IMG/VR virus record: IMGVR_UViG_3300000517_000182
Location: 1-59,022 of that record
Length of the DNA: 59,022 nucleotides
Direction: 5' to 3' (one strand)
From: a virus
Taxonomy: Duplodnaviria; Caudoviricetes
Shown: piece by piece, positions 29,758 to 39,427 of the stretch
Position numbering within the stretch: the first letter of the stretch is position 1
Layout of the letters: each line of letters starts with the position of its first letter
Program-made: the position numbers and the translations under genes
Notes under the pieces: generated by a model
The model's database searches: none
The model's input: the letters and a program-made list of their open reading frames with translations, nothing else
What the model was told of the DNA's origin: nothing

Positions 29758-31656
29758 ATGAGCAAAGTAATCGGTATTGACTTAGGTACCACAAATTCCT
29801 GTCTCTCAATCGTAGAGAACAAAGATCCCCGCATAATTGAAAACGCAGAAGGTGGTAGAACCACACCATCCGTTGTTGCGTACACAGACGACGACATTCT
29901 TATAGGAAATAGTGCAAAGCGTCAGAGTGTGACAAATCCAGAAAACACTGTGTTCGCAGTCAAGCGACTGATTGGACGCAAGTTCAAGGAAGATGCTGTT
30001 CAGAAGGATATTGAACAGATGCCCTATAAGATTGTTGAAGCAGACAACGGAGATGCCTGGGTAGAAGCTAACGGTGAGAAGAAAGCACCTCAACAGGTAT
30101 CTGCGGAAATACTACGCAAAATAAAGTCGTATGCGGAGGACTTCTTGGGAGAGTCAGTCTCACAGGCAGTTATTACCGTGCCCGCTTACTTCAACGATTC
30201 ACAGCGTCAGGCAACCAAAGATGCCGGCAAAATTGCTGGCCTAGAGGTCCTCCGCATCATAAACGAACCCACTGCTGCTGCCCTTGCTTACGGTGTTGAT
30301 CAAGATGACAAAGCAGACAAGAAGGTTGCTGTTTATGATTTGGGCGGCGGCACTTTTGACATCTCAATCATTGAGATTGCGGATGTAGACGGAGAGAAGC
30401 AGATTGAAGTGCTTTCCACAAACGGTGATACATTCCTCGGCGGTGAAGACTTTGACAATGCTCTTATCTCTGAAATGATCTCAGAGTTCAAGAAAGAGCA
30501 AGGTGTTGATCTGTCAGGAGATAAACTCGCACTTCAGCGTCTTAAGGAGGCGGCAGAGAAGGCCAAGATTGAATTGAGTTCTAATTCTCAGACAGATATC
30601 AATCTTCCTTACATCACTGCTGACGCCACAGGGCCTAAACATCTTAATCTTAAGATGACTCGTGCGAAGTTTGAAAGCCTTGTAGAGGACTTAATTACAC
30701 GTTCAATTGAACCTTGCAAGATCGCAGTCAAGGACGCAGGTCTCAAGCCCACAGAAGTTGATGAAGTCATTCTCGTAGGTGGCCAGACTCGTATGCCTAA
30801 AGTTCAGGAAGCAGTAGAAAAATTCTTTGGTAAAGCACCTCGAAAGAATGTGAATCCTGACGAGGCAGTTGCCGCAGGTGCTGCGCTGCAGGGTTCCGTT
30901 CTCGCAGGTGATAACTCAGACATCCTATTGCTTGATGTTACACCTCTTTCGCTTGGTATTGAAACCATGGGCGGTGTAATGACAAAACTGGTAGAAAAGA
31001 ACACTACTATTCCTACCAAGGCATCGCAGGTGTTCTCAACCGCAGAAGACAACCAAAGTGCTGTAACAATTCAAGTAGCACAGGGCGAAAGAGAGTTTGT
31101 GCGTGACAACAAGGTGCTTGGCACATTCAATCTCGAAGGCATTGAGCCTGCTCCTAGAGGTGTTCCGCAGATTGAAGTCACCTTTGACATTGACGCAAAC
31201 GGTATTCTCAATGTGTCTGCAAAAGACAAAAATACTGGCAAGGAACACTCAATTAAAATCGAAGCAGGCGGCGGCTTGAGTGACGAAGAGATTGAGCGCA
31301 TGGTCCAAGACGCTGAAACAAACGCAGAGGAAGACAAGAAGAAGCGTGAACTTGTTGATGCTCGCAACTCTGCCGAAGCGCAGATTGCTTCCGCAGACAG
31401 AGAGTTTGAAGAAGCCAAAGACTCCTTGACAGACGAGCAGACGGAAAGCTATACTACTGCTAAGAGCGAACTTGAAGAAGCCTGTAAGGGCGAAGACAAG
31501 GACGCTATACAGGAGAAAACTACTGCGTTTATGACGGCTGCATCTGTGATTTATCAAGCCAAGCAGCAACAGAATTCGGCAGATGCTGGTTCTTCGGAAG
31601 AGCAATCAGCCGATGACTCAGTTGTTGATGCAGACTTCGAAGAAGTCGATCAATAA
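29758..31656 (+). CDS. dnaK: Chaperone DnaK (Hsp70)
   Basis: [17 protein letters not shown] and DLGGGTFD motifs; full length. Confidence 0.97.
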   Translation: MSKVIGIDLGTTNSCLSIVENKDPRIIENAEGGRTTPSVVAYTDDDILIGNSAKRQSVTNPENTVFAVKRLIGRKFKEDAVQKDIEQMPYKIVEADNGDAWVEANGEKKAPQQVSAEILRKIKSYAEDFLGESVSQAVITVPAYFNDSQRQATKDAGKIAGLEVLRIINEPTAAALAYGVDQDDKADKKVAVYDLGGGTFDISIIEIADVDGEKQIEVLSTNGDTFLGGEDFDNALISEMISEFKKEQGVDLSGDKLALQRLKEAAEKAKIELSSNSQTDINLPYITADATGPKHLNLKMTRAKFESLVEDLITRSIEPCKIAVKDAGLKPTEVDEVILVGGQTRMPKVQEAVEKFFGKAPRKNVNPDEAVAAGAALQGSVLAGDNSDILLLDVTPLSLGIETMGGVMTKLVEKNTTIPTKASQVFSTAEDNQSAVTIQVAQGEREFVRDNKVLGTFNLEGIEPAPRGVPQIEVTFDIDANGILNVSAKDKNTGKEHSIKIEAGGGLSDEEIERMVQDAETNAEEDKKKRELVDARNSAEAQIASADREFEEAKDSLTDEQTESYTTAKSELEEACKGEDKDAIQEKTTAFMTAASVIYQAKQQQNSADAGSSEEQSADDSVVDADFEEVDQ

Positions 31657-31661
31657 CTTGT

Positions 31662-31720
31662 ATGGGCAGATGCCAGGTGGGTCTGCCCTATCATATCTTG
31701 CTTAGAAAAGGAGATAAAAA
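31662..31720 (+). promoter_or_regulatory. ROSE-like RNA thermometer candidate in the hsp20 5' UTR
   Basis: GGGCAGA/TCTGCCC hairpin, then TCTTGCTT..AAGGAGA. Confidence 0.6.
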
Positions 31721-32182
31721 ATGACAAGACATATGACTACACTAGAACTACCCGCTCTGCAGAGCGCAACTATAGGATTTGATCGTTTGTTTAACGAATT
31801 AGACCGACAGTTTGCTAACTCTAAATCAAACGGTTATCCTCCTTACAATCTCGCTGAGATTAACGAAAACGAATGGATGATTTCTCTTGCAGTAGCAGGA
31901 TTCGGAATGGATAATTTGGAAATTACCAAGGACGGCAACCTGCTGCGTGTTGAAGGAACTTCTCCAAAAGGCGGCGAAGATGTAAATTATATCTACAAGG
32001 GAATTGCAGAACGCAACTTCCGCAGAGAATTTACTCTTGCTGACCACGTTGAGGTAGAGAATGCTCACCTAGAATTGGGCATGCTCAACATTCACCTCAA
32101 GCGCGAAGTTCCAGAAGAACTTCAACCCAAGCGCATCAAGATAAACACTACACACACAGGCTCAATCGAAGACAAGAGCTAA
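31721..32182 (+). CDS. ibpA: Small heat shock protein (IbpA-like)
   Basis: IGFDRLF, YPPYN, LAVAGF and GIAERNF motifs. Confidence 0.92.
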   Translation: MTRHMTTLELPALQSATIGFDRLFNELDRQFANSKSNGYPPYNLAEINENEWMISLAVAGFGMDNLEITKDGNLLRVEGTSPKGGEDVNYIYKGIAERNFRREFTLADHVEVENAHLELGMLNIHLKREVPEELQPKRIKINTTHTGSIEDKS

Positions 32183-32187
32183 ACCAC

Positions 32188-32210
32188 AAAAGGGGACTTC
32201 GGTCCCCTTT
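32188..32210 (+). terminator. Intrinsic terminator (possibly bidirectional)
   Basis: AAAAGGGGAC-TTCG-GTCCCCTTT. Confidence 0.8.
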
Positions 32211-32227
32211 CTATCCAGGAGGACACA

Positions 32228-32533
32228 ATGGGCACTGATATTGATGTTGTAATTGACACTAAAACCGTAAAGAAAACCAAAGAACCTTCCAAATACAAAG
32301 TCGTAATGCTAAATGACGATCATACACCTATGGATTGGGTTATTGATCTTCTCAAGACTATTTTCAAGCATTCTGAAACCACTGCGAAAGAGCTGACAAT
32401 GAAGATTCACAACGAAGGCTCCGCAGTTGTAGGGATATATACATATGAGATTGCTGAGCAGAAAATGGTAGAAGCCGTTAATGCCAGTAGGGATAGAGGA
32501 TTCCCCCTACAACTTACACTGGAAGAGGAATGA
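32228..32533 (+). CDS. clpS: Clp protease adaptor ClpS
   Basis: YKVVMLNDDHTPMDWV, IHNEG, YEIAEQK and FPL motifs. Confidence 0.92.
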   Translation: MGTDIDVVIDTKTVKKTKEPSKYKVVMLNDDHTPMDWVIDLLKTIFKHSETTAKELTMKIHNEGSAVVGIYTYEIAEQKMVEAVNASRDRGFPLQLTLEEE

Positions 32534-33096
32534 GTCGACTTAAAGAATTAACATGGGAACATCATAAAGAAGCAGAAAGGCAGGGGTTTGTAAAAGTAAT
32601 ACTAAGCGGCAAAATACACCCAGACTTCTACGCAACCTATCTTTGGAATCAACACAAAAAATATGACCTATTAGAAGCACTTGCTGCCTCTCACGGTATA
32701 TTGGACGATTTGCCAGACATAAGACGAAAAAACAAAATAGAACAAGACTACTTAGAACTTTGGAAGCATGACTCTCCGCCTCCGGTTGTGCCTGCTGTTA
32801 ATGATTACATAGCGCATATGAAATCACTAATAGATGATCCGCACAGACTAACTGCTCATCTCTACGTTATGCATATGGGAGACCTATCAGGAGGGCAGAT
32901 GATTGTTAAAAGAATACCAGGTTCAGGCACAATGTATCAGTTCGACACCGACCACACAGAACTGAAGGAAGCAATAAGGGCGAAAACAGACGATTCAATG
33001 GCAGACGAAGCACAAACCTGTTTTACATTTGCTACGAGACTATTTCAAGACCTAATGGAGTTAAATTGTGAGCGTTATTTGGAACACGCTAATTGA
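32530..33096 (+). CDS. Heme oxygenase
   Basis: LKELTWEHHKEAE proximal His; HLYVMHMGDLSGGQ. Confidence 0.88.
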   Translation: MSRLKELTWEHHKEAERQGFVKVILSGKIHPDFYATYLWNQHKKYDLLEALAASHGILDDLPDIRRKNKIEQDYLELWKHDSPPPVVPAVNDYIAHMKSLIDDPHRLTAHLYVMHMGDLSGGQMIVKRIPGSGTMYQFDTDHTELKEAIRAKTDDSMADEAQTCFTFATRLFQDLMELNCERYLEHAN

Positions 33097-33763
33097 TTGC
33101 CAAAACCAAATCATAGATATCTTTAACAGCGAAGCCCAGGAAATCGAAGAAGAAGGCCTAGATTACTTTAATCAGCCCGAAAATGGTTGGATCAACAGAG
33201 TTTGGGCTAACAATTATGTACGTCGCGCTCACATTGACGTAGTGGATGCAAGGGACACTAAAGGCCTTTGGATGATGCATGTGTGTGTTTTTCCTACTTT
33301 GGATAATAACGGTCCAATATACGGCTTTGATGTAATAGCAGGTAAAAACAAAATGACCGGTGCCTTCCATGACTTCTCTGCTTCAAGCGGCGGAGCAGAT
33401 CACCCTATGATAGAAGCCTACAGAGAATCTGTAGAAGACTTCGTTCCTTCTAAAAAAAGAGAACTGCCAGAGTGGGCACAGAATATTTTCACAGATTCGA
33501 TGCTTGCCGCGGGTAATGTAAAGACAGAAGAAGAAGCAGTGGCTATTGTAGAAATAGCTCTCAATAACCTTAGGGCATACTTTGACGAAATAAAAGATTT
33601 CCAAAACACTGCAGATCCTGAAAAAACAAAAAAAGCTCAAAACTGGTATTGTTATAACCAAACTCAAAATCCTCACACACCAAGAACCATGAAAAGTCTA
33701 GGACTTCCGGAAGAAGATGTAGAACGCTTCTGCACAGATATGCTGTTTCCTAGCATAGGATAA
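33068..33763 (+). CDS. Ferredoxin-dependent bilin reductase (PcyX/PcyA-like)
   Basis: RRAH, PIYGFD, AFHDFS, RELPEWA..IF and QNPHT motifs; follows heme oxygenase. Confidence 0.85.
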   Translation: MSVIWNTLIDCQNQIIDIFNSEAQEIEEEGLDYFNQPENGWINRVWANNYVRRAHIDVVDARDTKGLWMMHVCVFPTLDNNGPIYGFDVIAGKNKMTGAFHDFSASSGGADHPMIEAYRESVEDFVPSKKRELPEWAQNIFTDSMLAAGNVKTEEEAVAIVEIALNNLRAYFDEIKDFQNTADPEKTKKAQNWYCYNQTQNPHTPRTMKSLGLPEEDVERFCTDMLFPSIG

Positions 33764-33784
33764 ATACTACTATTAGGAACAATC

Positions 33785-35314
33785 ATGCGTTTTCACGAGT
33801 TTAGGATATTAGAAAGCAAACTTTTTGAATCTAACAGAGGTATTCTTGGCACTGTAATAGATACTCAATCTGGTAGAGGCGATAGTTTTACCAAAGAAGA
33901 CGGAACCGAAGTTAGAGCAACAAACGCCTGGAAATTCCCGCAAGAAGAAACAGATCTTCGCTATGAAAACAAACAACCTGATAGCGAAGACGAAGAACCA
34001 ATACCCGCAGAAGATCAATTTGCGGAAGAATTAAAAAATGCAACTGGTCTTGACATAAACAATGTGAATTGGACAGGAGGGCAAAAGCCTGCTACTGGAT
34101 TTGCTGCTCTTGTAGTCGAATTACAAAGCGACAAAGGCAAGGAATATGTAGGGAAATATTTCCGTGCAAAAAGATCCGACGGTCATATATTTTGGCAGGT
34201 AAGTCACTTTATCAAAGATCTTAATACTATAGGAATCAAACTTCAAAGCAAAAAGGCTGCTACTAGTAAAGGCACCAGCGGCGCAATCAACTTAGGGCCA
34301 AAAGAAGTCGGAGTTACAGATAGAGTTATAAATCTTGCAAATTTAGTTTCTGAAGTTCGAAAAGGTGTACAAGCCAACGATAAGATACCTCCACAAGAAA
34401 AAGTAGCGGTAGCAGAATTGATTGAAAATCTTGGAGGAGATCCTGTAACAATCAATCCAGAATACCGAGCCAATTATGAAGTGCAATTAGGAGAAGTTGC
34501 TGCACCATTGGCGATTACAAGGGGAATAAATGTATCAGGATCAATACAGGAAGCAGAAAATCAGCTACTGGATCTTATAGACCCCGGAACTAAATTTACC
34601 AGCATTCAACAGGTAGAATATCCTGATAACATAGCAGAAAAACTAGTTGATAGCTATCTTATTACACCTAATGGTAGTAGAATAGGCGTAAGTTCAAAAG
34701 ACAAAAAAGGTGGTGCAGCAGCTAGTATATCATCTATAATCGAAACCATTGAAAACAAAATAGACACCATAGAAGAACGTGTTCCTGATTTTAAATCGCG
34801 TTATTCACAATACCTTGATTGGTTAGATACTATAAAAAAATCAACAGGAAAAAGCGTTGCTTACAGCTTAGCCGCGAAAATGGGCATAATATCGGCTGAC
34901 ACTGCTAGAGAAGCCTTTGAAGCAATGAAAGAAACTCCTGGAGACGCGGAGAAACTGCGCGAGATAGACAACGGAAGATTTTATGATTTAACTATAGGAT
35001 TCGAAGGCTATGATCCTAAAACATCCCACCCTATGTATAAAATACACTATCACGCAGCCGCGAGTCTTGCTCGAATAGTTGCTAACAAATTCAACGAAGA
35101 TCAAGAAAATGTGAGAAGATTCTTTTCAACCGTATTAGAAAGTTCAAACATGATTCAGGTTCTTACTTCGTTAAAATCAAAAGGCGACCAAGGTCAATTT
35201 AGTGATTTTAAAGTTATCTATCCGCCTGTTTTTGAAGGAAGTATTAAGTTAGAAGCAGGAAGTTACTTCTTTGCTCAAAAACCGCCACAAGGTTTTACCT
35301 TTAAGATAAAGTAA
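33785..35314 (+). CDS. Late protein, possible PD-(D/E)XK nuclease-like core
   Basis: TAAATA at 33761; E..G..E / P..LVDS..VSSK pattern. Confidence 0.5.
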   Translation: MRFHEFRILESKLFESNRGILGTVIDTQSGRGDSFTKEDGTEVRATNAWKFPQEETDLRYENKQPDSEDEEPIPAEDQFAEELKNATGLDINNVNWTGGQKPATGFAALVVELQSDKGKEYVGKYFRAKRSDGHIFWQVSHFIKDLNTIGIKLQSKKAATSKGTSGAINLGPKEVGVTDRVINLANLVSEVRKGVQANDKIPPQEKVAVAELIENLGGDPVTINPEYRANYEVQLGEVAAPLAITRGINVSGSIQEAENQLLDLIDPGTKFTSIQQVEYPDNIAEKLVDSYLITPNGSRIGVSSKDKKGGAAASISSIIETIENKIDTIEERVPDFKSRYSQYLDWLDTIKKSTGKSVAYSLAAKMGIISADTAREAFEAMKETPGDAEKLREIDNGRFYDLTIGFEGYDPKTSHPMYKIHYHAAASLARIVANKFNEDQENVRRFFSTVLESSNMIQVLTSLKSKGDQGQFSDFKVIYPPVFEGSIKLEAGSYFFAQKPPQGFTFKIK

Positions 35315-35317
35315 TCC

Positions 35318-35722
35318 CTAATAGTTAGTTTCAAACGCAACCTCAATGAACTCGCTTAAAAAGTTGAAGTGTCGTGCTAAACTGCCGAATAATTCAGGAT
35401 TCCAAAAATCGCTTACAATCTCGTACGAAGTTATTCCCATATCACTATAATATGAGCGATTTATACCACGCCGTTCGCCTATATAAGGAAAGACGCCTGA
35501 CACAAAAAGACAGGTATCGCCTAGCTCTTTTCTCTGCTTTGGCGTCGAAGCAGTTAAAAACATTTCAGCAAATGAAGTTTCTGGTAGGAAGTTTGGTCGA
35601 TCAGTTTGATAAGACAGAAGCATTACAAGGTAAGATTTAATATGATCAGGCAGTTCATATCCGGTCCTAGCCTCGGTGCTTTCTACAATCTCATAAAAGG
35701 CGCTGCGATATGCGTCTTCCAT
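35318..35722 (-). CDS. Hypothetical protein
   Basis: ATG 5 nt after TAAATA on the minus strand; LGDTCLFVSGVF motif. Confidence 0.65.
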   Translation of the reverse strand: MEDAYRSAFYEIVESTEARTGYELPDHIKSYLVMLLSYQTDRPNFLPETSFAEMFLTASTPKQRKELGDTCLFVSGVFPYIGERRGINRSYYSDMGITSYEIVSDFWNPELFGSLARHFNFLSEFIEVAFETNY

Positions 35723-35747
35723 ATACATATTTATCAGAGGTGATAGA

Positions 35748-36293
35748 ATGATTGAATACGAGATGTATGACTGGAACAGACTTGTTACAGACAGGGATCG
35801 AGAACAAATGATCGTAGACATAAGATCTCTAATCGAACAAGGTAGGTATTGGACGAACTGCCCAAGATACCAGACTACGGACAATGTGTTTGGACTAGAA
35901 GGCGAGCACTGGACAAACATAAAGATGAGTTTTATTTGGAGTGTGTTTGCATATCTCAAAAGAGACGTTCCTATAAAAAGTGTGAAAAGTTGGAGTTATA
36001 TGACTTCTCTTAAATACACAGCAGAAAATCGTGATACACTATGGCATACTCATGAAAGACAAGGATCGAAAGTAGTAAGCGGCGTATATTACCTACATGT
36101 ACCTCAAGATGTTGATACAGTCACAGCCGGCACAGAGTTTTCACCAAGAGGTCCAGAAAACACGCAAGATAGATTTTTTGCAGAGGCAAAGCAGGGATGT
36201 TGGGCAATCTGGCCAGGCAGTTCTTGGCATCGACCTGGCGTCTTGCAAAGTGAAGAAGATCGTTTTATAATAGCAGCAGATTTGGAGTTTTAG
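35748..36293 (+). CDS. 2OG-Fe(II) oxygenase-like protein
   Basis: WHTH, SGVYYL, WPxxxWHRP and RF motifs. Confidence 0.65.
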   Translation: MIEYEMYDWNRLVTDRDREQMIVDIRSLIEQGRYWTNCPRYQTTDNVFGLEGEHWTNIKMSFIWSVFAYLKRDVPIKSVKSWSYMTSLKYTAENRDTLWHTHERQGSKVVSGVYYLHVPQDVDTVTAGTEFSPRGPENTQDRFFAEAKQGCWAIWPGSSWHRPGVLQSEEDRFIIAADLEF

Positions 36294-36294
36294 A

Positions 36295-36498
36295 ATGACT
36301 AAATGGACCTATAAAGCAGAAGAGATATTTTCAGAAATACCAGACGATCCAAAAAATGTAAATATGTGTATACCTGACGAAATCGCAGAGCAAGCAGGTC
36401 TACAGCCCGGAGACAATATTAAAATATCCTGGGGAGACCAAGGTACAATTATTATAGAAAAACAGGGAGACCAAGAAGACTCACATGGCGAAGGATAA
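36295..36498 (+). CDS. AbrB/MazE-like small protein
   Basis: [15 protein letters not shown] motif. Confidence 0.55.
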   Translation: MTKWTYKAEEIFSEIPDDPKNVNMCIPDEIAEQAGLQPGDNIKISWGDQGTIIIEKQGDQEDSHGEG

Positions 36499-36706
36499 AG
36501 ATTTATTAGAAATGGAGGGCACTATTGTAGATGTGCTTCCTAACCAAATGTTCAAAGTTGAACTTGAAGAGTTTGACAGAACAATCACAGCATACACCGG
36601 CGGCAAGATGCGCCAATTTAAAATACGTCTTGTTCAAGGAGACAGAGTTAAGGTAGAAATGTCTCCATATGACCTCGAACGTGGCAGAATAACTTTCCGA
36701 CTTTAA
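36485..36706 (+). CDS. infA: Translation initiation factor IF-1
   Basis: [29 protein letters not shown] and GRITFR motifs. Confidence 0.95.
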   Translation: MAKDKDLLEMEGTIVDVLPNQMFKVELEEFDRTITAYTGGKMRQFKIRLVQGDRVKVEMSPYDLERGRITFRL

Positions 36707-36751
36707 CCAAAACCGTTTGACTATTGCAGCAACCTTGTATATACTGCTATT

Positions 36752-37198
36752 ATGTTTATTACATATCATAGAGGCAGTAGATACAAGCGTGAGATAGCCG
36801 GCGAACTATCTCAGTTTGTTGCTAACAAACTTATGCCACGCATGTCACCTAAACTTAGTATAGAACTTTGTTTTGTTACAAATCTTTTCAAGCGCGAAGG
36901 CGTGTTCGGAGACTGCGGTTATTACGAAGGAGACGACGTTCCGAGAGACTTTGTTATTCGCTTAGATGCAGGCATCGATGAAGTTGACTTGTTAAAAACT
37001 GTTGCGCATGAAATGGTGCATGTAAAACAGATTGCAAGAAACGAACTAAAAGAACTTGTCCGATCACCCTACTTCCGTTTTCACAAAGAGTATTATCACA
37101 AAGGCATAGACTATTTTGACAAGCCGTGGGAGATCGAAGCGCACGGTCGAGAAGAAGGTTTGGTAATTCGTTGGTTAGAACAGAGGGCTGAAAAATGA
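36752..37198 (+). CDS. HExxH zinc metallopeptidase-like protein
   Basis: AHEMVHVKQ..PWEIEA. Confidence 0.75.
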   Translation: MFITYHRGSRYKREIAGELSQFVANKLMPRMSPKLSIELCFVTNLFKREGVFGDCGYYEGDDVPRDFVIRLDAGIDEVDLLKTVAHEMVHVKQIARNELKELVRSPYFRFHKEYYHKGIDYFDKPWEIEAHGREEGLVIRWLEQRAEK

Positions 37199-38019
37199 TT
37201 AACCTATATGCATTTACCTATCCTAGCGCAGTAAAAAAGTTTGACGACTTTGTTCTTGTCAAGCTAGGAGACTCTACTCGCGATGTAGACGTTCGAATCG
37301 ACGAACAAGGTGGCTCTGCAGAATACGAAGAAAAGATTTCGGTAGGAGCATGGAACAACCTTCAAGTAATTAAACGTGATTTTGATGTGCATAAAGTTTT
37401 AACAGAACTAGGTTTACATCACATAGAAGGTAAGGGCACCGAGTGGTTTAAAATCCCTGCCGGGTCAATTCAAGAAGCCTATGATTATCTAGATGATCTT
37501 GTTCAAAAGTTTGAAGGTAAAAGAATTCGCGACCGTGTTGTATTGCGTGATTTACAGAAAAAGGCACTAGAAGAAGCTCTTGACATTATAGAGTCAGGAG
37601 AAGCGTCTGCAACTGTAATTGCTAATCTCTGTCCACGCTTTGGTAAAACAATTTGGGCTCTAATGCTGTTTAATGAAGTTTCGGAAAAATATGGAAACAG
37701 AGTGATGCTGTTGCCTGCATACTGGCTCAGTGTGCATTCTAGTTTCTTGGACGAGCTTGACAAATTTGACGATTTCCTAGACATTGCTTTGACCGATCCT
37801 AACAAAGAGAGTGCAGAAACGCAAGCAGCAAACGCACTTGCAAACGGTCAGAGAATTGTTATCCCCGTTTCTCTGCACGGTGACTTAGAAGAGTGGCAAG
37901 AAAAAAATGCGTGGATTGCTCAAATCGATAACGACGATATCTTTATGTTCGCTGACGAAGGAGACTTCGGCACTCATGCAGAAAATCAAGTAAGAAAACT
38001 TGACTACCTCATTGGTTGA
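37195..38019 (+). CDS. T5orf172/GIY-YIG-like nuclease fused to the N-terminal half of an SF2 helicase
   Basis: VKLG..R..EWF; CPRFGKT (motif I); DEGD (motif II). Confidence 0.7.
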   Translation: MINLYAFTYPSAVKKFDDFVLVKLGDSTRDVDVRIDEQGGSAEYEEKISVGAWNNLQVIKRDFDVHKVLTELGLHHIEGKGTEWFKIPAGSIQEAYDYLDDLVQKFEGKRIRDRVVLRDLQKKALEEALDIIESGEASATVIANLCPRFGKTIWALMLFNEVSEKYGNRVMLLPAYWLSVHSSFLDELDKFDDFLDIALTDPNKESAETQAANALANGQRIVIPVSLHGDLEEWQEKNAWIAQIDNDDIFMFADEGDFGTHAENQVRKLDYLIG

Positions 38020-38054
38020 TAGTAAACTATAATAGTTAGGCAAGGTCATTAGGC

Positions 38055-39395
38055 ATGTTAGTTAAGGTTTTCGCATCAGGCACAAATGTTCAGCGGCTGG
38101 CAAAAGGATCAGGTCGCGCAGACGGTGTAATCTACACTGCATACAGTCAGCTAGAAAATTCTCAAGACGAAATTGTTAAGCGTCGCTTCTACATGCTAGA
38201 AGTAGACAGCCTCAAAAAAGACGTAGAAGAATTGGACGAAACTGTTCAGCCTTCTTGGGCAAAGATTTGGGGTAAGCCTAATGCTAACAAGAGTTTTATT
38301 TCCAAACTTTTTCTGTCTCTCGTAGGCGAAGAACCTTTACGGCAGGAAATCAATCTTTCCAATCTCGCCGGCGAATCTATCGACTGCTTTATGATGCTTG
38401 TGAGTGCAAACAAGCGTGAGATGAAGCAGATCAAAGATATCGCAGACCGCGCTGTTCCTAATTATCATATAAAAATTCTAAACGGTGATTACACCAACAA
38501 CAAACAGGCGGAATTTGAAACCAAAAAAGAAATTAATGAAGCAAGAATTGCAGGCAAAGACGGTGTAATTGTCATTGCTAACCAAATGGGGTCGCGTTCT
38601 TACAGCGTGCCTGAGATACAGGCAACTGTGATTGCATATGATCGTGGTTCTGTTGATGCTACTATGCAGAAAGTAAGCCGATGCCTTACACCAGGAACGA
38701 CCTATGCAGGAGATCAGAAAGAATACGGTCATATTTTAGATTTAAGCTTTGACCCTAACAGATCGGAAAATATCGAACGCCTTCTAGTAGATGAAATCGT
38801 GCAGGTTGGAAAAAGCGAAGACCAAGATTTTCCTGCCGCAACTACCTATGTGCTTTCCACTATTGATTGCTTTAGAGTTAAGTATGGCACCGCGGTAGAA
38901 GTAGACGAACAGTCTATGTTCGAATTGCTAGGCGACAACGAAAGCCTTCTTAGAATTGCAGATGTTACTGTAGATGTTAATGCTGCGTTAGACATAATCG
39001 ACAATCTTGCAAATGTCACAGCGTCGGGCAAAAAGGACAAAAAAACACGAGAGGCAATCGACAAAGCAAAGAATACCATACGCGAAGGAGGCAAAGGCAG
39101 TAAAAACCAAACAGACTCTGAGAAAAAACAGCTAGAAAAAATTATTAACGATGCAATTAGATCACTGAATATGAGTGCAACTAGCGTGTTTAATCTAGCA
39201 GGCGAAGGCTCTACCTATCGTGAGTGTATTGAAATAATCGCAGACGACAAAGAAGATGCAGAAGAGTTTGAAGATCTGTTTGGAGTAACTCCGGAACTTG
39301 TAACTACTATCTTAGATAGAGAGCTCCTTAACGAAGCAATCCTCGACGTGATTGTGCAAAACTCTCGAAATACCATTGACAGTCCTTTTGATTGA
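38055..39395 (+). CDS. C-terminal half of an SF2 helicase
   Basis: Begins with ASGT (motif III); RSYSVPEI (V); QKVSR (VI). Confidence 0.65.
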   Translation: MLVKVFASGTNVQRLAKGSGRADGVIYTAYSQLENSQDEIVKRRFYMLEVDSLKKDVEELDETVQPSWAKIWGKPNANKSFISKLFLSLVGEEPLRQEINLSNLAGESIDCFMMLVSANKREMKQIKDIADRAVPNYHIKILNGDYTNNKQAEFETKKEINEARIAGKDGVIVIANQMGSRSYSVPEIQATVIAYDRGSVDATMQKVSRCLTPGTTYAGDQKEYGHILDLSFDPNRSENIERLLVDEIVQVGKSEDQDFPAATTYVLSTIDCFRVKYGTAVEVDEQSMFELLGDNESLLRIADVTVDVNAALDIIDNLANVTASGKKDKKTREAIDKAKNTIREGGKGSKNQTDSEKKQLEKIINDAIRSLNMSATSVFNLAGEGSTYRECIEIIADDKEDAEEFEDLFGVTPELVTTILDRELLNEAILDVIVQNSRNTIDSPFD

Positions 39396-39427
39396 TCTTA
39401 TACTAAAGAAAGAATTAGAGGGCTGAG

